Shown: piece by piece, positions 50,189-52,834 of the stretch | Layout: each line of letters starts with the position of its first letter | Numbering within the stretch: the first letter of the stretch is position 1 | Source: Octopus bimaculoides | Taxonomy: Eukaryota | DNA: 52,834 bases | Direction: 5' to 3' | NCBI RefSeq assembly: GCF_001194135.2 | Contig: NC_068990.1 | Location: forward strand, 4,639,014 to 4,691,847 | Made by a program: the position numbers and the translations under genes | The notes under the pieces: generated by a model | The model's input: the letters and a program-made list of their open reading frames with translations, nothing else | Databases searched by the model: none | Told to the model about the DNA's origin: nothing

Positions 50189-50691
50189 CTAAAAGAAGGC
50201 AGAGAAAATGTCAGTTAATCTCAAACTTCTTTAATATGTAACAAGACACAAAAGAAAAAAATGTCAATGCAAATAGACTCTCTATAAATTATATAAAGTA
50301 GGTTGTAAAATAATTTTTATAAAAAATCAAATTTCATAAAATGAAAAACAATATTTAGCAGCAGATACTAAACAATTTGAGTATCAAAATACAAAATTAT
50401 GTAAAAATTAGAAATCTATAATTATATCTATTCAGAACTCTAATTGTATCCAAAAGATAAATTAATGCAATAAATTTAATAAGGAAATCATTACAAATCT
50501 ATAGTTCTTAGATATGCTTTAACTAGTGTACTTTGAGTGACCTGCACATCATCTTTTATGCCTTTTTTTCAACAATTCCTTTTGATTGACACATTCTCTG
50601 ATCATCTTCAGGTGCTCTGAATACAAGAATTACAAAATATATTCAATGTAAAGATAGAGACTGAATCCCACATCAGAACAGTTTCTCTTAC

Positions 50692-50749
50692 ACGCAGAGG
50701 AAAAAAATTTTCAGAAGAGCTGGACATGGAGAATTAATTGAGAATTAAG
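50692..50749 (-). CDS. Exon-like segment, possibly carrying a start codon (MSSSSENFFPLR from 50727)
   Basis: Acceptor tttgatttcttatctcAG, donor |GTAAGA; all frames closed except from the ATG, which has an upstream in-frame stop. Confidence 0.3.
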
Positions 50750-52074
50750 CTGAGATAAGAAATCAAACTGTCAATAGAAAAATAGGTGTAGATATGTAAA
50801 ATTTTACCAACTTTTTCTTTCTATGGAACTAAGAAAAGGTAAAACAAGATCTTGTATTAGAAATAAAGGTACTGAGATCAAACCCAGCCAAAGAATGTAA
50901 AGTCAGTTAATCATACCAATAATTATACCAACAGAAATGTATAAAATAGATACATAAAAGATAAGGATAACTGGTCTATAAAATGGAAACTAATAAATCT
51001 ATTAGCTGAAATGGTGTAAAAAGATATTAAGAGAAATAGTGAATAATGATAAAAATAACATACAAGATTAATGATAAGCATAGCAATGGTGGAATTGGGT
51101 GGTAGGGGGAATTACTGTGCTTTCTATTATTACTGTTATTATTATTACTTATTTTTAACAAAGGAAACAGTAGAAATTAAACAAATTACAAAAAATAATA
51201 TCAGGGAAAATAATCAATATATGGGAATTGATAGGAAAAAAGTATAGAATACAGATATTAAATTCCATTTTATGCTGCAGATTCAAAATGGAATTGTTAC
51301 TGAATATGTATAAAACTAGGTTAATTGTGATTTTAAAAACTAAATAAATTACTTTAAAGAATCAATATCAAAAGAGCAAACTATATGAATTCATAACAAC
51401 AAAAGTAAATATAATATTAGTTAACTAATATTCACTAGCAATTAAAATGCCTTACAGCAAACTATAATTAAACAAACTGAAAGAAATATTATGCATTAGT
51501 CATGATTTTATTGATTATTATAGGGAGATTTGGCTGTGATATCTAGCAGATCGAGTGACCACATTCAAGATCTCATGATGTAAAATTAAAATTATTCAAT
51601 TAACAAGTGATATCAATCATAATATTAATGCATTGGCAATAATAATCATATTTAATGAAAACAACATCGTTATAATAGTGGAAATTTTTAAAAACTGAAT
51701 AATATTTTTAGCCAATGCTCCACTACCATCATTTACAACAAATAAAAGTAATTTTTTTATTAGAAAAGTACCAATCCTTGAACACAAAATAATCCCAAAA
51801 CAACACAAGACAGAGTTTTTTAATCAGCAGTCCCTGTAAGTTTTTCTTTTCTTTTTTTTCTTTTTTTTTGAAATGTTTTGCATTTCTGTTTTAAACTGTG
51901 AAAATTAGAAATCCTGGACCTTATGGTATGAAACAAACTCTTCAAAACAGTTAGACAGTCTGATTCATTCCCCACCAGACAAAAGACAAAAATCAATTCA
52001 AATATCTAATAAACTTAAACATGATTTATCACATATTACTGGTTTTTGGTTTCATTTGTATTGGGCTACCTAAA

Positions 52075-52420
52075 AGGTTAGGGTAGGATTTTGAGTTAGA
52101 ATTACAAGCTAGATATTAGCATTAGGATCTAGAGGTGGTGTTTAAGATTATTGTTTAGATGTACAATTGAGTTTATTATTAGTGTTTAAGGGTACAATCG
52201 AGTTTAGAATTAGAATGTAGGGTAGCAGTTGTGCTTACGATTAGTGTTTAAAGTTAGGGTTGTAGGGGTTAGACATTCAGATTTGGTTTTAGGGCTAGGG
52301 TTACAATTTAGGTTGAGGATTAGCGTTTAGGATTGGGGTTTTCACTTAGGGTCTAGAATTAGTGTTGGTTTTCAGGTTAAGGTTTAAACTAGAGTTTAAT
52401 GTCAAGAGTTAGGTACTAAG
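52075..52420 (+). repeat. Highly degenerate TTAGGG-like G/T-rich array
   Basis: ggttaggg, gttagggtt, gggttag, ttttagggctagggtta, tttagg, cttagggt with rough 6-nt periodicity and strong G-over-C strand skew. Confidence 0.6.
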
Positions 52421-52834
52421 GGAAATTGTGGTTTCATTCAAATATGTTTGTATCTACTTATGGTTCATATTTTTACTGTATGCTTAAAAAGAAAAAAGAA
52501 AGAAAGAAATCAGACTGCACAATATTTGTTTTAAAGGAATTTTGTTGCAACACTAAAGTCCAGGATACCTTAAAGATAGTGATTCTGTGAATTGGAATTT
52601 TCTATTTCAATTTAAATTATTTTGATTATTGTTTTGGTCATACTTCTTCATTTCCAAAGACAAAACTGACTACAAGATTTTTACTTGTAGATATTTTGAT
52701 ATTTGCTTCTGAATTGTAAGTTGTAACTGTAAATGATTCTGATTCTGAAAAGAAAAATTCATGGTTTGATCTACATCAACCCCTTTCAAAGATATTGACC
52801 ATAAACATTCTAATAGCTGTGTATGTAAGTATAT

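Overview
AT-rich eukaryotic genomic DNA saturated with (TA)n, (CA)n, (GA)n, (TAA)n and (GAT)n microsatellites, with eight N gaps that mostly sit beside (TA)n tracts. The repeat content (two tRNA-headed SINE families, RTE-type LINE bodies and (GAT)n-tailed 3' ends, a mariner fragment, an R4/Dong-like fragment) suggests an Octopus genome, probably a short-read assembly; this is an inference. Nearly all ORFs in the supplied track are microsatellite, gap or repeat artefacts. Reading splice signals by eye suggests the window lies inside a multi-exon protein-coding gene on the minus strand with many short exons (25-144 bp). Five consecutive candidates (22889, 17314, 16534, 13400, 10378) join in compatible phase into about 123 stop-free codons. 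I cannot identify the product; a remote MEI1/HEAT-ARM-like resemblance is only a tentative impression from memory. Non-coding highlights are two long fold-back inverted repeats (12561-12905, 40284-40700), a Dong-like fragment and SINEs embedded in TAA arrays, closely spaced inverted SINE pairs, and a degenerate TTAGGG-like tract. No rRNA, intact tRNA gene or CRISPR array was seen, and nothing here can be firmly called a novel system.
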